A stretch of 64,000 nucleotides of DNA from Mobula hypostoma (lineage: Eukaryota), in NCBI RefSeq assembly GCF_963921235.1, contig NC_086107.1:107262001-107326000 (forward strand), given 5' to 3'. A program made the translations under genes and the position numbers. The notes under the pieces were generated by a model. The model worked only from the letters and a program-made list of their open reading frames with translations. It had not been told where the DNA came from and searched no databases. The first letter of the stretch is position 1, and the number at the start of each line of letters is the position of its first letter. This document shows, piece after piece, positions 60,448 to 64,000 of this stretch.

Positions 60448-61335
60448 AGAGTATATTGGTTGTCTCCAGACTTTTCCTCAGGGGTTACTCCCAACGTGGG
60501 TATAGGTAGCCATAAGGCAGGGGAGTACCACAGTAATTAGCTAGATAGACACACACACACACAATTATATATTCATATACTCAAAGTCAATAGTTGAGTT
60601 CATTGTCGTGTGCAAAAATTACATGCACAGGTGCAATTAAACACTTGCGGTATCATCACAGGCGCCTAGCATCAGATAAACAGCATTCACAAGAAAACTA
60701 TAAATTAAACATCAGATTTCCATTCAGATTTATTTATTTATCACATGCACATCGAAACAGTGAAAAGCGTCATTTGCGTTACAACTAACACCACCTTAGG
60801 ATGTGCTGGGGGCAGACCGCTAGTGACACCACACATTCTGGCACCGACAAAGCATGGATGTAATACTCAGCAGAACAACTGCGATAGAACAAAACAGCAG
60901 CAGCAAAATAAACCGCGTTCCTACCACCCCCCCCCCACACACACACACACACACACACACAACCCCAGGATGGGCTGCCTCCGGGCCTCCAGTCCTTGTC
61001 ACACAATGTTTACAAGAACATATTGAGAACAAGTAAAGAAATGAAGTCCACATTGGTGTGAAATGATCAAAGAGTTTATCGTGTTACTATACTGTTGAGA
61101 GTTTTATGATGATGATGTTTCGGGTTGCGCTGGATGGTTCTCTCACGCCGTCCCCCCCCCCCCCCCCGCCACACACACAGACCATGTTCCATCCACTCAC
61201 ACACACACTCACACACACACACGCTTTCAATGTCCTCAATCACATACACACTCTCTCCCTCAGTCATCCAAATTCCCTCAAGTTTATTCTTACATTCTCC
61301 AACACATCAAATTCTCTCTATCGCTCTCTCTCACC

Positions 61336-61377
<42 letters not shown>

Positions 61378-61619
61378 TTTATTTTCACATTCTCTAACAC
61401 ATTCCCTTTCACACATTGGATTCCCTCATTCGCGCTCTCCCCCCCCCCCATTACACATTTTCACATTCTCTAACACACATTCCCTTTCACACATCGGATT
61501 CTCTCATTCACTCTCTCTCTGTTTCTCTCTTACACACACATTTATTTTCACATTTTCTAACACACATCTGATTCTTATTCTCTCCCTCCCTCCCTCCTCC
61601 GGCACCCCCCCTCTCTTTT

Positions 61620-62980
61620 TCTATCTGTCTCTATCTCCCTCTCTCCCCCCCACGCACCCCCCTTTTCTATCTATCTCTATTTCACCCTCTCCCTCTCTCC
61701 CCCCCACGCACCCCCCTTTTCTAACTATCTCTATTTCACCCTCTCCCTCTCTCCCCCGCACCCCCTTTTTCTATCTATCTCTATTTCACCCTCTCCCTCT
61801 CTCCCCCGCACCCCCTTTTTCTATCTATCTCTATTTCACTCTCTCCCTCTCTCCCCCGCACCCCCTCTCTTTTTCTATCTATCTCTATTTCACTCTCTCC
61901 CTCTCTCCCCCGCACCCCCTTTTTCTATCTATCTCTATTTCACTCTCTCCCTCTCTCCCCCGCACCCCCTCTCTTTTTCTATCTATCTCTATTTCACTCT
62001 CTCCCTCTCTCCCCCGCACCCCCTTTTTCTATCTATCTCTATTTCACTCTCTCCCTCTCTCCCCCGCACCCCCCTTTTCTATCTATCTCTATTTCACTCT
62101 CTCCCTCTCTCCCCCGCACCCCCTTTTTCTATCTATCTCTATTTCACTCTCTCCCTCTCTCCCCCGCACCCCCTCTCTTTTTCTATCTATCTCTATTTCA
62201 CTCTCTCCCTCTCTCCCCCGCACCCCCTTTTTCTATCTATCTCTATTTCACTCTCTCCCTCTCTCCCCCGCACCCCCTTTTCTATCTATCTCTATTTCAC
62301 TCTCTCCCTCTCTCCCCCGCACCCCCCTTTTTCTATCTATCTCTATTTCACTCTCTCCCTCTCTCCCCCGCACCCCCTCTCTTTTTCTATCTATCTCTAT
62401 TTCACTCTCTCCCTCTCTCCCCCGCACCCCCTTTTCTATCTATCTCTATTTCACTCTCTCCCTCTCTCCCCCGCACCCCCCTTTTTCTATCTATCTCTAT
62501 TTCACTCTCTCCCTGTCTCCCCCGCACCCCCTCTCTTTTTCTATCTATCTCTATTTCATTCTCTCCCTCTCTCCCCCGCACCCCCTTTTCTATCTATCTC
62601 TATTTCACTCTCTCCCTCTCTCCCCCGCACCCCCCTTTTTCTATCTATCTCTATTTCACTCTCTCCCTGTCTCCCCCGCACCCCCTCTCTTTTTCTATCT
62701 ATCTCTATTTCACTCTCTCCCTCTCTCCCCCGCACCCCCTTTTTCTATCTATCTCTATTTCACTCTCTCCCTCTCTCCCCCGCACCCCCTCTCTTTTTCT
62801 ATCTATCTCTATTTCACTCTCTCCCTCTCTCCCCCGCACCCCCTTTTTCTATCTATCTCTATTTCACTCTCTCCCTCTCTCCCCCGCACCCCCTTTTTCT
62901 ATCTATCTCTATTTCACTCTCTCCCTCTCTCCCCCGCACCCCCCTTTTCTATCTATCTCTATTTCACTCTCTCCCTCTCT
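61620..62980. repeat. Minisatellite, ~49-53-bp pyrimidine-rich unit, about 26-27 copies
   Basis: Unit CTATCTATCTCTATTTCACTCTCTCCCTCTCTCCCCCGCACCCCC(TCTC)TTTTT. Confidence 0.95.
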
Positions 62981-62999
62981 CTCACACACACATCTATTT

Positions 63000-63450
63000 T
63001 CACAGGGCGAGCGGAGGTTACAATGAACGATCTTCCTGCTCCCAGTCCCACGCTGCCAACAGCCCGTGGGCAGCGATGGGTGAGATGTCCCGTCTCCGGC
63101 GCACGGGCGGGGCTCGCAGCTAGAAGCTGTCCGTGCCCGGCGGTGCGGGTCAGTGCCGCCCCTCAGGCTCCCCGAGGACAACGCAATGTATTCCGTGCCC
63201 ACTTCTCCAGCGGGCGAACACATTGCGCTACATGTGCGTGGTGCGTCCGTCTGACCGCTTCATGTCGGCGGCCAGTAGTTAAGCAGATGGTCGCTTAATG
63301 GCTTTCACAGTCAGTGGGGTCCGCTGTCCGGCTGCCGGGAGATTAAACCCACTCCCGGACCTGGACACGTCCCCAAGTCCCTGTTCTGTCGGGGCTACCC
63401 TCACTAACTGCGATTAATCACGCCCGGCGGGATTTCTCGGCCTCCACTCC
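63000..63450. promoter_or_regulatory. CpG-rich unique segment (candidate promoter/enhancer)
   Basis: High GC with many CpGs against a CpG-poor background; GC-box GGGCGGGG near 63105, E-box CAGATGG near 63284, and GATTA motifs. Confidence 0.35.
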
Positions 63451-63784
63451 AAAACAACTTGTTAAAGCCTTTAGTTTTCATAACGCTGCGTTCCCACCCA
63501 GAAATAGGGGTAGTTTCAGGGGACTGTTTCCCTCCGCTGAGTTGTCTGGGTTGAGGAGGGGGTGGGGGAAGACGGTACAGTCTCAGAAATAAAGAGGGAG
63601 GGGCGTTTGGGACTGAGATGAGGAGAAAATTCTCCCCCCCCCCGCAGGATGGAGGGGAGCACTTAACACGGGGGCAATCAGAAATAGATTTAATATCACT
63701 GACTTATATGGCATGATATTTAGCAGGTGGGGCTGCAGCTCTTTAGGGAAATTAGCAGCCCAGGTTTCCCACCGAGGCCTTCAT

Positions 63785-63847
63785 TGGGTCTCATTCCCAA
63801 AGGTTGACTGTTTATTCATTTCTGCCTGATCTGTTGAGTTCCTCCAA

Positions 63848-63880
<33 letters not shown>

Positions 63881-64000
63881 CTCTGGATTACCAGCATCTG
63901 CAGAGCCTTTTGTGTAAATGATAGACTTCTTCCCCCCCCCCACCCCTATCTTTCTGGTCCTGATGAAGGGTTTCAGCCTGAAACTTTGACTGTTTATTCC
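63785..64000 (+). mobile_element. Tandem PLE pLTR fragments with hammerhead motif at 63956-63992
   Basis: GGTC-CTGATGA-AGGGTTTCAGCCT-GAAACTTT-GACTG, preceded by another pLTR body. Confidence 0.75.

Noticed and set aside
61106..63298. 730-aa ORF
   Set aside because: It runs through microsatellite and pyrimidine minisatellite DNA that rarely forms stop codons. The translation is low-complexity S/L/P/F.

Overview
This is repeat-saturated vertebrate non-coding DNA (intergenic or a very large intron). The repeat repertoire points to a cartilaginous fish, probably a ray, though that is an inference: HE1/V-domain tRNA-SINEs, Deu-SINE-like relics, CR1, Rex1/Babar, Tx1/L1, RTE, Penelope-like elements, and Tc1 and Harbinger derivatives. 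I recognised no host protein-coding exon. The longer ORFs are retroelement fragments or low-complexity artefacts. The main system is a dense family of Penelope-like element (PLE) terminal repeats carrying a minimal hammerhead ribozyme motif. It includes one copy with an intact core (33299-33336, minus), two young insertions with 13-bp target-site duplications, and four palindromic head-to-head copies whose inversion points fall at the ribozyme. Other notable items: a 5'-exact 18S rRNA fragment inside a CR1, a composite transposon bounded by two hairpin MITEs (2 copies), two solo LTRs, a non-tRNA SINE-like family with a YY1-type head, RTE-derived bipartite elements (one with a 184-bp palindrome), a ~50-bp pyrimidine minisatellite next to a CpG-rich island, and several unique motif-rich islands. 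Coordinates were read by eye and family names come from motif recognition, not database searches.
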